64,000 nt of DNA from a virus: positions 39,491-103,490 of the IMG/VR virus record IMGVR_UViG_3300045988_182851; one strand, 5' to 3'. Shown here piece after piece: positions 47,627-58,938 of the stretch. Within the stretch, counting starts at the first letter, position 1, and every line of letters starts with the position of its first letter. The notes beneath the pieces are model-generated. The model was not told where the DNA came from. It did not search any database and saw only the letters and a program-made list of their open reading frames with translations. The position numbers and the translations under genes were made by a program.

Positions 47627-50188
47627 CTATAATTCTAATTCGTCATCAAATATTCTATTTTCCTTATGTTCTACTTTAGATAAATTCTTTAAATCTAACT
47701 CATCTGCTGCCTTTATTGTTACTTTTTCTAATTCCTTATTTGCAACAGGATTATCTAATTTTTCAGATTTACCGCAAAATTCATTAGAAATATAATCAAG
47801 GTCATACGATGATACTACCTTTGTATTCTCTTTCAGACCTTCTTTTTGAACATCTAGTGGATATAATGAGAACACTGTATCAGCCTCTTTTATATCAGTT
47901 GTAAGCTCTCCGCAGCCTTCAGCATATAAATCAAATAATTGTTTCATATCTGGAATAGCGTTATTTAATATATATCCTAATTCAACTGATGTCTGTTTAT
48001 TTAAATCATTTGAAACAACATTCTGACCTAAATTTAAACTGTCTACATGGTCAATCCAATATGTCACATCGTTTTCTACATCATAAACACATGGAGTTGC
48101 CATGGTTGATGCTGCATTTATTTTAATTGGATACTCAATCTGTGATATTTCGAACTGTTTTCCAAGGAAAATAACAGATCGTTCATCTTTAGTAAAATCA
48201 ATAACCTCATCATAATCATCATATTCAGCATCATGATCCCTATGACATGCTTTTCTTGTATCCATATACTCACCTAAAGAACCCTCTTTTTCCATTTCAA
48301 TAAATTTAAGTCCTTCAGCTTTATTAAATGGCACTGAGAATCCATGAATTTCTACAACAGCATATTTAATACCGGCATCTTTCATAGCTTTTTTATCTAA
48401 TAAAACCATTTCAGTAGCACCATTTGGGGCATCTGTATAATCGCCACTATGTACACCAAATTTTCCGGATTTTAAATTATAATAATACAGGGTATCAACT
48501 GCTATGTTTTTATCATTATAAAATTTAACACTTAAATCAATGTCACCTCTTACTTCATGTCCATTATTATCCTTATAATTTTTCCAGTATATTCCATAAG
48601 CTAATAAGTTTTTATTCTGATCACCTGATAATCTACTATATGGAGTAATAATATTACCTGCAGAACAATCTCTCATATCTCTTAAAGGAATTTTAATATC
48701 TTCTAATTTAGGGTCAATATATACTTTACCCAACTGTTTTGTATCTGAAATGTTATGAACAATAGTCTGTCTAATAATATTTCTTATATTATTCATTTGA
48801 GCATCTGAAAGATGTAACGGTTTATTGTCTGAAACTAATAATTTTCCATTTTTATTCTTATAAATTCTATTCTCATGTTCTTTATTTCTTAATTCAAACG
48901 AATTATACATAGTAAGCATTGATTGCACAGGAACATTACAATACATAATTTTGTTTGCAATTGAAGTTAAAGCTAAAGCATTGCCTTTTTTTGCTGCTTC
49001 ATCAACATACTGAATATAATGCTGAACAAAATACCCAGGGAAATTATCCGCAAGCTTATTAAATTTTTGTACATTTTCAAATGATGAAACTTTAATAAGA
49101 TTATCTATCGCTTTTTCAAACTGTCTTGGCACTGGAATAATATCCTTACCATTTTCATCTTTTTTTATTTTATTAGCAAGATTATCAAATGCTTTTACTA
49201 CTCTTTCAGGGCCAGTATGTGAATCAATTCTATTCATTAATCTCTTATATAATCCTTCATCTTTCCAGATATCATAGTAAAGATTTGGACAGTTATTTAA
49301 CATATCCTTTATTAACCTTTTGTCTGAATTGGTTAACTTATATTTAACTTTGCCGTTCTTATTTGAAACTGTTTTCTTAGTATTTAATGATATATCATTA
49401 ACTTTGCTTCCAAAATTCTGATTTGAAAGTTCTGCTGCAAATCTTAATACATCTTTAGAATCCTTTATCATATTAACTGCTGAATTTCTTGCACCCAGTT
49501 TATATAATAGACTAGCTGTTTTAACTAAATTTTCTTTACTCTGATAAGGTATCTCGGTTGAAACAATTTGGTCAATTTTAAATGGATATTCACGAAAATA
49601 TGTTTCAACATCTTTCAAGTTTTCTTCATTCATACCTTTTGGCGCATGAATTCTATTTACCATTAATTCATCTAATTCTTTTATATTTGTATTATTAATT
49701 ACCTTTAATTTGTCAGGGAAGTTTTCCAATAATGGAAGTCTGTCAATTTTTTCTTCAGTTACAGAATCTCTTATCATCTGTGCTATTGTTTTGCATCTTT
49801 CATCATCTGTCTGGGAAAATGTATAATATAATAACGAATTAATATATAATGCTTCCTCAGATTTATCCATGACTTCTTCCGGGAAATTAGGATAGAATAA
49901 CTCAACAGAATTAAATTCATCAATCCCTTTATATTCTTTAATAATATCTGTCAAATCATTATATACCCCACATATTTCCTGTGCAGGCAATTTAGCTAAT
50001 GCGGATATAGCATCCGTGCTTAATGTGTAACCATAACTTTCCAAATTTCTATTAACTGATAAAGCCATATTAATGTTTTCATATTCAATATCAATGGAAT
50101 TTTGTGGGATTGAAAACTTAGATAGATTGTTAAATAAAATAGAATTAATAGATTTGTTCATAATATAACCTCCAAAAAATAAACACAA
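47627..50188 (-). CDS. large hypothetical protein (853 aa)
   Basis: long uninterrupted ORF; no Walker motif; DIDLS...GDYTD acidic patch. Confidence 0.5.
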   Translation of the reverse strand: MCLFFGGYIMNKSINSILFNNLSKFSIPQNSIDIEYENINMALSVNRNLESYGYTLSTDAISALAKLPAQEICGVYNDLTDIIKEYKGIDEFNSVELFYPNFPEEVMDKSEEALYINSLLYYTFSQTDDERCKTIAQMIRDSVTEEKIDRLPLLENFPDKLKVINNTNIKELDELMVNRIHAPKGMNEENLKDVETYFREYPFKIDQIVSTEIPYQSKENLVKTASLLYKLGARNSAVNMIKDSKDVLRFAAELSNQNFGSKVNDISLNTKKTVSNKNGKVKYKLTNSDKRLIKDMLNNCPNLYYDIWKDEGLYKRLMNRIDSHTGPERVVKAFDNLANKIKKDENGKDIIPVPRQFEKAIDNLIKVSSFENVQKFNKLADNFPGYFVQHYIQYVDEAAKKGNALALTSIANKIMYCNVPVQSMLTMYNSFELRNKEHENRIYKNKNGKLLVSDNKPLHLSDAQMNNIRNIIRQTIVHNISDTKQLGKVYIDPKLEDIKIPLRDMRDCSAGNIITPYSRLSGDQNKNLLAYGIYWKNYKDNNGHEVRGDIDLSVKFYNDKNIAVDTLYYYNLKSGKFGVHSGDYTDAPNGATEMVLLDKKAMKDAGIKYAVVEIHGFSVPFNKAEGLKFIEMEKEGSLGEYMDTRKACHRDHDAEYDDYDEVIDFTKDERSVIFLGKQFEISQIEYPIKINAASTMATPCVYDVENDVTYWIDHVDSLNLGQNVVSNDLNKQTSVELGYILNNAIPDMKQLFDLYAEGCGELTTDIKEADTVFSLYPLDVQKEGLKENTKVVSSYDLDYISNEFCGKSEKLDNPVANKELEKVTIKAADELDLKNLSKVEHKENRIFDDELEL

Positions 50189-50300
50189 TAGTTCTTACAA
50201 AAAAAGTCTTAATATCATAGTTTATTTACTATGACATTAAGACTCAAATAATATAATAATCAGCGTTAAACAAAAAAAATAATTTTTCATAATTTAGAAT

Positions 50301-50570
50301 AAAAGTAGGATGTTTAGCATAGATATTATTATATATTTTTTATATTTTAATACATCAGCATATAGCAAAAGGATCTATGATTATAACAAGTTTATTCTTT
50401 ATTTAATCCCGCAGGATGTCTCAAAAGAAAACCTGATATAATCATACTTACTATTAGAGTATTTGAAAAGTAGGATGCTATATATATTATGCCTTAAAAT
50501 ATAAATCTGAGTCAGCTTACAACAAATATAATAACCAAATTGTTTTTTATTTTAAAAAGTAGGATGTTGT
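50301..50570. repeat. three direct AAAAGTAGGATGyT repeats (50301, 50467, 50557) in the 450 nt non-coding region upstream of the 853 aa gene
   Basis: read directly; not seen elsewhere in the window. Confidence 0.5.
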
Positions 50571-50645
50571 AAATAATACTCAAAATACTCCATTAATTTG
50601 AAAGCATATATAATATGACAGAAATAAAAAATAATATGATGATTT

Positions 50646-51740
50646 TTACTCATCAATTACATTTTTTATATTTTTTTCGGTAAAGGATGTAATATTTCCT
50701 TCTCCCTTAAGTCTTTTTCTGATTAAAGTTTCTAATTTATCTTTATATTCCGAGTGCTCTTCTATATATAATTTAGCATTTGCTCTGCCCTGCCATCTTA
50801 AACTAGAATCTTCTGCATCTGTAAACCAAGCTCCAGTTTTATTAATAAATCCATGTTCAACAGCTAAATCAATTATTTCACCATTCTTGTCTATACCTTT
50901 ACCAAATGAAATTTCAAATGTTGCCTCCTTAAATGGAGGAGCTATTTTATTTTTAACTACCTTTGCTTTTGTTCTGTTAGCAACAATGGCTCCGCCTTCC
51001 TTAATTGACTCAATTCTTCGTACATCAATTCTTACAGAAGAGTAAAACTTTAATGCTCGTCCCCCAGTTGTGGTTTCTGGGTTGCCAAACATAATTCCAA
51101 CCTTTTCTCTTAACTGATTAATAAAAATAACTGAGCAATTACTTTTACTTACAACAGGGGTCAATTTTCTTAAAGCCTGCGACATAAGTCTTGCTTGTAA
51201 TCCAACATGTGAATCCCCCATTTCTCCATCAATTTCTGCCTTAGGTACAAGAGCTGCTACAGAGTCTATTACAACCAAATCTAAAGCTCCGGATCTTACC
51301 ATTGTTTCTGCTATTTCTAAAGCCTGTTCTCCGCTGTCTGGCTGTGAAATATATAAATTATTTATATCCACACCTAAATTAGAAGCGTAAACAGGGTCTA
51401 ATGCATGTTCAGCATCAATAAAGCCGGCAATTCCACCATTTTTTTGTATTTCTGCAATCATATGCAAGGTTAAAGTTGTTTTACCACTTGATTCCGGGCC
51501 AAATACTTCTATAATTCTTCCTTTTGGAATTCCTCCGCCTAAAGCCTGATCCAGTGCTAAGGAACCTGATGAAAATGTTTCAACATTTAATTTCTTTGTA
51601 TCACCTAATTTAAAAACAGAACCTTTACCATAAGTCTTTTCAATTTCTAACATTGCAGCATCAAGTGCTTTTAATTTGTCATTTGAAATTGATTCGTTAC
51701 CCTGTGTTTCGGTATTAATATTCTTTGGTGGTCTTCCCAT
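50646..51740 (-). CDS. recA: RecA recombinase (bacterial type)
   Basis: Walker [14 protein letters not shown]; [37 protein letters not shown]...[38 protein letters not shown] closely matches E. coli RecA. Confidence 0.9.
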   Translation of the reverse strand: MGRPPKNINTETQGNESISNDKLKALDAAMLEIEKTYGKGSVFKLGDTKKLNVETFSSGSLALDQALGGGIPKGRIIEVFGPESSGKTTLTLHMIAEIQKNGGIAGFIDAEHALDPVYASNLGVDINNLYISQPDSGEQALEIAETMVRSGALDLVVIDSVAALVPKAEIDGEMGDSHVGLQARLMSQALRKLTPVVSKSNCSVIFINQLREKVGIMFGNPETTTGGRALKFYSSVRIDVRRIESIKEGGAIVANRTKAKVVKNKIAPPFKEATFEISFGKGIDKNGEIIDLAVEHGFINKTGAWFTDAEDSSLRWQGRANAKLYIEEHSEYKDKLETLIRKRLKGEGNITSFTEKNIKNVIDE

Positions 51741-51830
51741 ATTTAATTCCTCCTAAAAAATGATTTATACATTGATATATATGACAGTTTTTGTTGAACA
51801 ATTTTTTACATAAATTAATTTAATTTATAT

Positions 51831-52322
51831 TTAAGAGACATTTTGTTTAAGCAACTCTTCTCTCTTTTTATCTAAATAGACTACACCAACAGCATATGAA
51901 GCCCAGATATCTTTTTTAAAGCCATAAAACCATCCCGGATTCTTTTTAGTTCCTACAATTCCAAATCTATCTATTAATGCTTGCCTTATATTCGCATCCT
52001 TTGCTCTTGAATCATGGCAAATAAATTGTTTTTCTTCTATTCTGTATATTTGCGTCCATTTAATATTTCTGCTTTCAGTTACTTGAATGAATCTGCCAAT
52101 CCATACACATGTATCAAATACAGTTTTTCCTACTGCCATACCATATGAAGCTATCATTTCTATTGCTAAAATATCAAAATCAATTTTATTCATTAATTTT
52201 AATAATTCATTATTATCTAATAATCCTTTGTCCAATATATGATAATTATTATCTAATAATGAATAAGCCGATTTAACATCTCCTGGATCTATTGCTAATA
52301 TAATCTGTCTATTATTTTCCAT
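51831..52322 (-). CDS. RuvC-like Holliday junction resolvase (163 aa)
   Basis: ILAIDPGDVKSAYSL (motif I), ILAIEMIASYG (catalytic Glu), later acidic residues; RuvC-like size. Confidence 0.5.
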   Translation of the reverse strand: MENNRQIILAIDPGDVKSAYSLLDNNYHILDKGLLDNNELLKLMNKIDFDILAIEMIASYGMAVGKTVFDTCVWIGRFIQVTESRNIKWTQIYRIEEKQFICHDSRAKDANIRQALIDRFGIVGTKKNPGWFYGFKKDIWASYAVGVVYLDKKREELLKQNVS

Positions 52323-52452
52323 AATTTTCCTCCAATATATATAACTTTATATTAAAAATATGACAGCTTAAAAAGAAAAATAAGACAATCTCAAATCAAT
52401 GAAATTGCCTTATTTATTAAAATATTTAGTTGTTGTGTTGTGTATTCAGATA

Positions 52453-54225
52453 TTAATAATCAATATCATCGAAAATAATCTGTGGAGTTGTTACGCCATT
52501 CCATGTATTTTCACTTAATCTTCCATATAAAGTTAAAACAGTTGGTTCTCCAAGCTTTTCAAATTTTTCAACTAACCCGCCAAAATTAATTGCGTTAGCC
52601 TGATTATTAAAGAGTTTTAAAACCTTTTTTTCAGCACCCAAAAGCTGATAATATACACCTTTTCTTAGTTCTGTCATATAAGAAATTTTATATCTTGGCT
52701 CTTCAAATCCTTTGCCAAAGATATAATTATGAAAGGCTTCCTGCTCTTCCTTTACCTGCTCTACTGTAATATCGTAATCATAATACTTGTAATTGAACTC
52801 TTTTGGCTTTTCTCCTGCAGCTTCATGTATAGCTTCAATAAACTTATCCATATTTTCAGCTTTAACTTCTGAAATACCTGCTGCATACGGATGTCCTCCA
52901 TAATTACCCATATACTGCTTAACCTGATCTAATAATAACTTCATATTAACATTTGCCCCTTCAATTTCTGGTGCTCTTGCAGAACCTTTATAGGCGGTAC
53001 CATTATTTATTGGAGCAAATACAATAACAGAAGTATTGTATTCTTCCTGTAACTTACCGGCAATTAAGCCAATAACTCCCGGATGTATTTCTCCTTCCTT
53101 ACCACATATAACAATAGGATAGTCATTTTCCATATGAGCTTCCTCTATACGCTGTTTTAAAACAGGTAAAAGGTCATTAGTATATGCCTTTCTTCTTTCG
53201 TTTGCTTCTACTAGAACCTTTGCTTTTGCAATTGCTGTAACAAAGTCGTTGTCATTCTGAAGGAAAAGGTCTACTACCTGATTAGAACCAAAAGTTTCCA
53301 GTCTTGAAATAGCGTTAATGGTAGGACTTATTAAATAAGCTAAATCATCAGTTGTTACAACAGTTTCAAGATCAGGTTTAAGGCCTACAAGTAAGCAGAA
53401 CATTCCGGTTGTACGTCCAGAATTCTGTGTTAATGTGAATAGCCCGTTCTTGAGTATTAAATAATTATCATATCCATATACTCCATTAATATTTTCAATT
53501 AAATTAACACTATCGCCAACAGTTGCAATAGCAGCAAGACCGTTTATCTTATCTATTGTTTCATCTTTAATATACCATTCTGGCAAATTTAATTGCTTAA
53601 TATGCTGAGCAAATTTATATACAAGCCCTGCACCACAATAATCTGAGAATTTTGCACCACAATCAACTGCATGAGGATCAATAATTACATCTGCAGGTGG
53701 CAATATTTTTTTATTGGTTTCGTCAGTAACTGGAAGGTGATGATCTAAAATAAGAACACTCCAACCTAATTCTTTTGCCTTTGTTATTGCGTCAAGAGCT
53801 GCGATACCATTATCTACAGTTATTAACAATCCTGTATCATAATTTTTTATAACTGGTAAACCATGAATTGATATTTCATTACATAAATATTCTACAATAT
53901 TTGCAGAAGCTCCATATCCATCTAATTCTCTATCTGGTATATACCATTTTACATCTGAGAATTTAAGGTCTGATAACATAAGATTTAATTCAGATGTTGA
54001 ACATATTCCATCGGTATCATAATCTCCTATTATTCTAACTGGCTTATATTTAAATAAACTAAGTAAATTAAACGCCTTGTCAAAATTGGAAATTTTGTAA
54101 TATTCAGATGTTTCTCTACCATTATTAAAATCAGCAAAATATTTATTTGCTTTTTCAATAAAATTTACCTCATCAGTATTTTTCTTCTTCCATGTTATAC
54201 ACATATAATTTGTTCTCCTTTTCAA
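52453..54225 (-). CDS. DHH-DHHA1 family single-stranded DNA exonuclease (RecJ-like)
   Basis: motif I IIGDYDTDGICS, motif III VLILDHHLP, DHHA1 GGHPYAAG. Confidence 0.75.
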   Translation of the reverse strand: MKRRTNYMCITWKKKNTDEVNFIEKANKYFADFNNGRETSEYYKISNFDKAFNLLSLFKYKPVRIIGDYDTDGICSTSELNLMLSDLKFSDVKWYIPDRELDGYGASANIVEYLCNEISIHGLPVIKNYDTGLLITVDNGIAALDAITKAKELGWSVLILDHHLPVTDETNKKILPPADVIIDPHAVDCGAKFSDYCGAGLVYKFAQHIKQLNLPEWYIKDETIDKINGLAAIATVGDSVNLIENINGVYGYDNYLILKNGLFTLTQNSGRTTGMFCLLVGLKPDLETVVTTDDLAYLISPTINAISRLETFGSNQVVDLFLQNDNDFVTAIAKAKVLVEANERRKAYTNDLLPVLKQRIEEAHMENDYPIVICGKEGEIHPGVIGLIAGKLQEEYNTSVIVFAPINNGTAYKGSARAPEIEGANVNMKLLLDQVKQYMGNYGGHPYAAGISEVKAENMDKFIEAIHEAAGEKPKEFNYKYYDYDITVEQVKEEQEAFHNYIFGKGFEEPRYKISYMTELRKGVYYQLLGAEKKVLKLFNNQANAINFGGLVEKFEKLGEPTVLTLYGRLSENTWNGVTTPQIIFDDIDY

Positions 54226-54309
54226 TATTATTTAACAAATTAATGACAGAAAAATAAAATAAAAAGCATACATTATATTGTTTTATGCAATACAATGTAT
54301 GCTTCTGAA

Positions 54310-54696
54310 TCATAAATAGAAAAACAACCCTGAATAATAATACTTAGGAAGTTTATCTATCTCTTTACAAATTTGAATAATTCTTTCATCCACTAAGAAA
54401 GAATATTGTTTTACTCTTCTTACATCAGATTTAAAATAATGTACATCATTTATAAATCCTATAAGAATAGTAAAGAATATAACATAAGACAAAATACTTA
54501 TTATACTTAATATAATATGTATTAAGCCTGTAGTTAATAAATTCAAATTTGTAAAAATAGAAATTAACAAAGTTACACATAACTTTGTCTGCTGCATAGC
54601 TGTATATTTTTCAATATCACGCCAATAAGTTGTATAACCTGCAGCAACAGAGTTATATTTCTTTAAGAAAAAATGATTTAATATATTTTTATTCAT
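54310..54696 (-). CDS. membrane protein (128 aa)
   Basis: three TM helices. Confidence 0.45.
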   Translation of the reverse strand: MNKNILNHFFLKKYNSVAAGYTTYWRDIEKYTAMQQTKLCVTLLISIFTNLNLLTTGLIHIILSIISILSYVIFFTILIGFINDVHYFKSDVRRVKQYSFLVDERIIQICKEIDKLPKYYYSGLFFYL

Positions 54697-54730
54697 TATT
54701 TCTTCTCCTTTATTAATTATATTCTGATAG

Positions 54731-54746
54731 ATATATGACAGAAAAA
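54731..54746 (-). promoter_or_regulatory. conserved promoter-like motif (ATATATGACAGAAAAA)
   Basis: see the motif finding. Confidence 0.5.
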
Positions 54747-55102
54747 TTAATAGGAGTATGTATATAATTTTTATTCCCTTATTACAATAAATAATAAAGT
54801 AATTTTTAGACTTAATTTAATTAATATGAAAATATCAAATTTATTAATAATAGAGTATGGTGTTTTACTATAATTTTTGTAAAATTACATTTTAGAAAAC
54901 AAATAATTACTAAAATATAAATCAGCTTATTAATAGATTAATTTGTATATCAAAAATATTCAAAAATATAATTCTGGGTGCTGTTGATGTTTTTAAAATT
55001 TATAAAAATAATATATGAAATGATTTATTTGATTTTAGGGTAACTTTAATAAGAATACCGTGTATACGCCATTCCAAATCCTAAAATATTGATATTATTT
55101 TT

Positions 55103-56938
55103 TTATAAATCAAATACTAGCCTGTAATTTGCATTAAGAGCAATACTTACGTCATTATGACTTAAGCTATGTTTGTCCATAAATCCGCAGGCATCAAGTT
55201 TAAAGATGATATCGTCAACATCATCTTTCCATAGTCCCCATTTTTTATCCTGATAATATATTTTTTCAAATAAATTAAAAAAGCTTGAATTTAAAATAAA
55301 TTCCTTTATTTTCTTTTTAAGTATTCTATATTTGTTTGCATATTTTTTTATTGTATCTAACTTTTCTTTATATTTTTTTACAAGCTTTTGTTTGTCTACT
55401 ATGGGATTCCTCCGTGTAGCGCCAACAATTTTTCTTTTATTAACTTCTTTGATATTATTTTTTATCTGTTCAAGTCTGTCAGCATCTTGAGTAAGCTTTC
55501 GTGAAATTACATTTGAAGATACATGCAATTCTTTCATTATTTCCTTATATGTTTTACCCATTGCATATAATTCTACAATTTTATTATATTTAAATTCTCT
55601 TCGTTTTTTGTTTCTTTCTACCTGTTCTTTTTTCTTTAACTTTTCTTCCATTCTATAGCCTTCAAGATTTTTAAGACCATATTCTCTTCTTGCTGTAAGT
55701 GGATCCAACCCTAACCCTTTTATGAAGGTCGTTGTTTTAAATTTACACCAATTCACATTATTAACATTATTAAAATCTTTGAATGTAAATAGTTCTAATT
55801 CATCAATTGATAATGGCTCTGAAGTTTTCTTTGTTAGCTTCAGCATTTCCTTTTTTGCAGTTTCATCATCATATGCTGCTCTTAAAGTATTATATGCGTA
55901 ATAGGCAAAATCTAATTTATCAACATACTTAGGAACAGCATCCTTAGCAAAATTATTAAGGAATTCTATTCTGTTTATTAAATTATCCTGTAAATATGAA
56001 GGAAGGTTTAATTTATTGCTGTTTTTGCTGTCTGAATCTTCATAGTTTACAATATCATGCAATCTATCATTATTCTTTATAAAATATAAATGATGTAATG
56101 TGTTATATAAATCATGTACAGTTGTTTTATTCTTATTAATAAATAATAATGTTGGAGTCTCAAAATTTATTGCATCATAAGTTCCAGGTACACGAATTAA
56201 AGAGTCACATTTTACTGACTCTTTGTCTACTTCAGGGAAACCTAATGAAATTCCATTCATGTCTATTTGTTTATTTATAACCTGTAATAATACCTTTCCT
56301 ACCAGATTATATTTCCACAAGAGATCCTTTGATAATTCTTCAATGCCATATATTAATTCAACTTCATTATATATAGCGTTAATAATATTAGGCTTTGGGG
56401 CATCTCCTAAAATATAATCATAGTTATTGAGGAAATATTGAATATTGTCTTTATAATCTTCTTCTGGCCATATTATTCTTACACATATAGCTTTTAGACA
56501 GAATATATTTTTTTCACACCTAGCCATTCGCTTTTGTATTCTACTATGTGGTGTCTTACCAGTACTATACCCTGAAGTAGAAAAACCTATTTCAATTTTG
56601 TCGTAGAATTCTTTATCTGAAACAACAGATGTCTTTAATGGGTTAATGCACATATATCTATTATATTCTTCGTTCAAATAATCCTTATTGAGATTAGAAA
56701 GCACATCTTCTGCATTAGACCTAAAAACTGCTGTCTTAGATGCATCATTAACATTTAATGCAACAAATTGATAATGGCATTGATACTGCTCATTCTCTTG
56801 TTCTGTTATAAATTTAATAGCTCTCTTCTCGTTTTTATCTGCACAATTTAAAAATTTCTGTTTTGTCATAAATAACCTCGCTATGAAAATCTTATATATA
56901 TCTTTATGACAGACAAAAAAAATTTTTTTCTTACACAA
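55103..56938 (-). CDS. hypothetical protein (611 aa) with an internal HTH; possible replication initiator or primase-associated protein
   Basis: HTH-like GKTYKEIMKELHVSSNVISRKL; position within the replication block; no catalytic motif assigned. Confidence 0.4.
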   Translation of the reverse strand: MCKKKIFFVCHKDIYKIFIARLFMTKQKFLNCADKNEKRAIKFITEQENEQYQCHYQFVALNVNDASKTAVFRSNAEDVLSNLNKDYLNEEYNRYMCINPLKTSVVSDKEFYDKIEIGFSTSGYSTGKTPHSRIQKRMARCEKNIFCLKAICVRIIWPEEDYKDNIQYFLNNYDYILGDAPKPNIINAIYNEVELIYGIEELSKDLLWKYNLVGKVLLQVINKQIDMNGISLGFPEVDKESVKCDSLIRVPGTYDAINFETPTLLFINKNKTTVHDLYNTLHHLYFIKNNDRLHDIVNYEDSDSKNSNKLNLPSYLQDNLINRIEFLNNFAKDAVPKYVDKLDFAYYAYNTLRAAYDDETAKKEMLKLTKKTSEPLSIDELELFTFKDFNNVNNVNWCKFKTTTFIKGLGLDPLTARREYGLKNLEGYRMEEKLKKKEQVERNKKRREFKYNKIVELYAMGKTYKEIMKELHVSSNVISRKLTQDADRLEQIKNNIKEVNKRKIVGATRRNPIVDKQKLVKKYKEKLDTIKKYANKYRILKKKIKEFILNSSFFNLFEKIYYQDKKWGLWKDDVDDIIFKLDACGFMDKHSLSHNDVSIALNANYRLVFDL

Positions 56939-56964
56939 AAAAATAGTGCCAGAAATGGCACTAT
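56936..56964 (-). terminator. terminator (atagtgcc/ggcactat hairpin plus T-run)
   Basis: downstream of the UvrD stop at 56980. Confidence 0.5.
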
Positions 56965-56979
56965 TAAAACTTGAATATA

Positions 56980-58905
56980 TCAGTAATTATACGAAAATGA
57001 CATATGATTATTTAAATGTTTTAAATATGGGGTAAGATATACTTTACGTTCATGATATATTTCTGGGACACATAAGTACATTTGTTTTTTTGCTCTTGTA
57101 ATAGCAACATAGAATACTCTTAGATTTTCCTGTCTTTCTTCTTCAGCCATGCTCATAGCATTAAATCCTGGGTAAACTCCTGTGACACAATCAAGTACAA
57201 ATACATATTCCCATTCCAAACCTTTTGCTGAATGTACTGTTGAAATAACCAAGCCCTCTTCTTCATCTTTGTTATCCATCCCTAAAGTTAAATTATCAAG
57301 AAAAGCGTTTAAAGATTTGTGATGATTAAACACTGTACATAATTCATATAACTGTTTTAAAATATTTTTATCATCATCTAATTTATCCTGTTCATTTATT
57401 TTTTGCTCTTCATTTAATTTAGCATTTTCCAATAATTCTTTTCTTTGTTCAATATAATATTCATTTATTTTTAGCACAAGATCAGGAATACTTAACTGGT
57501 TTCTATAATACTTAATTCTAAAATTCAAAATTGTATTATGCAATTTTTCCATGTCTTGATGAAATTTTTTTGTTGGATATTCATGCAGCAAGAAATCTTT
57601 TTCTGTTACATGTTCTACAATATTTCTTGCATATGTATCACCAATTCCATATATTAATTGTAATATTCTAAACCACGCTAATGTGTCAATTGGATTAGCA
57701 ATAACTCTTAAATAGGCTAAGATATCCTGGACAGCTTCTCTTTCAAAAAATTTAGGTCCTCCAACTTTTTTGTACGGAATATTATTATTCATTAACAATG
57801 TTTCCAATATAGCTGAATCTCTGGAATACTTCTCTAGCACTGCTATATCCTTATATGGGACATTTTTATTATGCAGCTTAATTATTCTATTTAAAATGCA
57901 GGTTGCCTCTTCTGCCTGATTTTGAAGGCTTATGACTTCAGGCATATTTCCTTGTTTATTATTACTTGTCATATTCTTAGGATATCCAAAATTAGCATAC
58001 CGGTTCATAACTGAATTTGCTAAATTAAGTATTTCTGTAGTGGAACGATAATTCTTTTCAAGTTTTATTACTTTGCAATTTGTATGCTTTTTAGGGAAAT
58101 TAATAAAGTTAGACACATTGCTTCCTCTGAAAGCATAGATGCTTTGATAATCATCTCCTACAACTGCTAGATTCTCATATTTCTGAGCCATTTTAAATAT
58201 AATTCTTTCCTGCAGATTATTGGTATCTTGATACTCATCTACCATAATATATTTATAACTGCTTGAAATTTGATTTCTGACAGCTTTATTATCTAATAAT
58301 TCGTTAAAGTATATTAACAAATCATCATAATCTACCAGATTATTTTCCTTTTTATAATTTTTGTATTTTTCAAACAGCTCAGTATATATATATGATAAAA
58401 ATGCCAAGTTACTATCTTTAAGCCCAATAACTGTTTCTAATGGTAAATCTTGATTAATTGACATGCTAAATATTTTGGCGATTTCAGATACAGAGAAGCC
58501 GCTTTTTATTTTATATTTTTCTGGATTTTCAGCTATAAGAAGTTTAATTGTATTTACAATATCGCTCTCAGAAAGTATAGTAAAGTTTTTTCTTAGACCA
58601 ACTAAAACCCCATATATCCTTAACATTTTGGCACAAAAAGAATGATATGTACATGCAGTAATTTTATTGCATCTTTCATCTAATATTTGTGCAGCTCTTT
58701 CACTCATTTCATTAGCTGCCTTATTAGTGAATGTTAAAAGCAGAATACTCTGAGGTGGAATTCCATTTTCTATCATATATGCAACTCTATGTATTAATGT
58801 TGCTGTTTTGCCTGTACCTGCTCCTGCAATAATAAGTAATGGCCCATTAATTGTTGTAGCAGCTTCATATTGCTGCTCATTTAAAACAGCTTTATAATCA
58901 ATCAT
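56980..58905 (-). CDS. UvrD/PcrA-family SF1 DNA helicase (641 aa)
   Basis: motif I IIAGAGTGKTATL, motif II YIMVDEYQDTN, motif IV KNYRST, motif V/VI VISTVHSAKGLEWEYVFV. Confidence 0.85.
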   Translation of the reverse strand: MIDYKAVLNEQQYEAATTINGPLLIIAGAGTGKTATLIHRVAYMIENGIPPQSILLLTFTNKAANEMSERAAQILDERCNKITACTYHSFCAKMLRIYGVLVGLRKNFTILSESDIVNTIKLLIAENPEKYKIKSGFSVSEIAKIFSMSINQDLPLETVIGLKDSNLAFLSYIYTELFEKYKNYKKENNLVDYDDLLIYFNELLDNKAVRNQISSSYKYIMVDEYQDTNNLQERIIFKMAQKYENLAVVGDDYQSIYAFRGSNVSNFINFPKKHTNCKVIKLEKNYRSTTEILNLANSVMNRYANFGYPKNMTSNNKQGNMPEVISLQNQAEEATCILNRIIKLHNKNVPYKDIAVLEKYSRDSAILETLLMNNNIPYKKVGGPKFFEREAVQDILAYLRVIANPIDTLAWFRILQLIYGIGDTYARNIVEHVTEKDFLLHEYPTKKFHQDMEKLHNTILNFRIKYYRNQLSIPDLVLKINEYYIEQRKELLENAKLNEEQKINEQDKLDDDKNILKQLYELCTVFNHHKSLNAFLDNLTLGMDNKDEEEGLVISTVHSAKGLEWEYVFVLDCVTGVYPGFNAMSMAEEERQENLRVFYVAITRAKKQMYLCVPEIYHERKVYLTPYLKHLNNHMSFSYNY

Positions 58906-58938
58906 AAATTATTACAATCCTTTCCATTATTAAATTTA

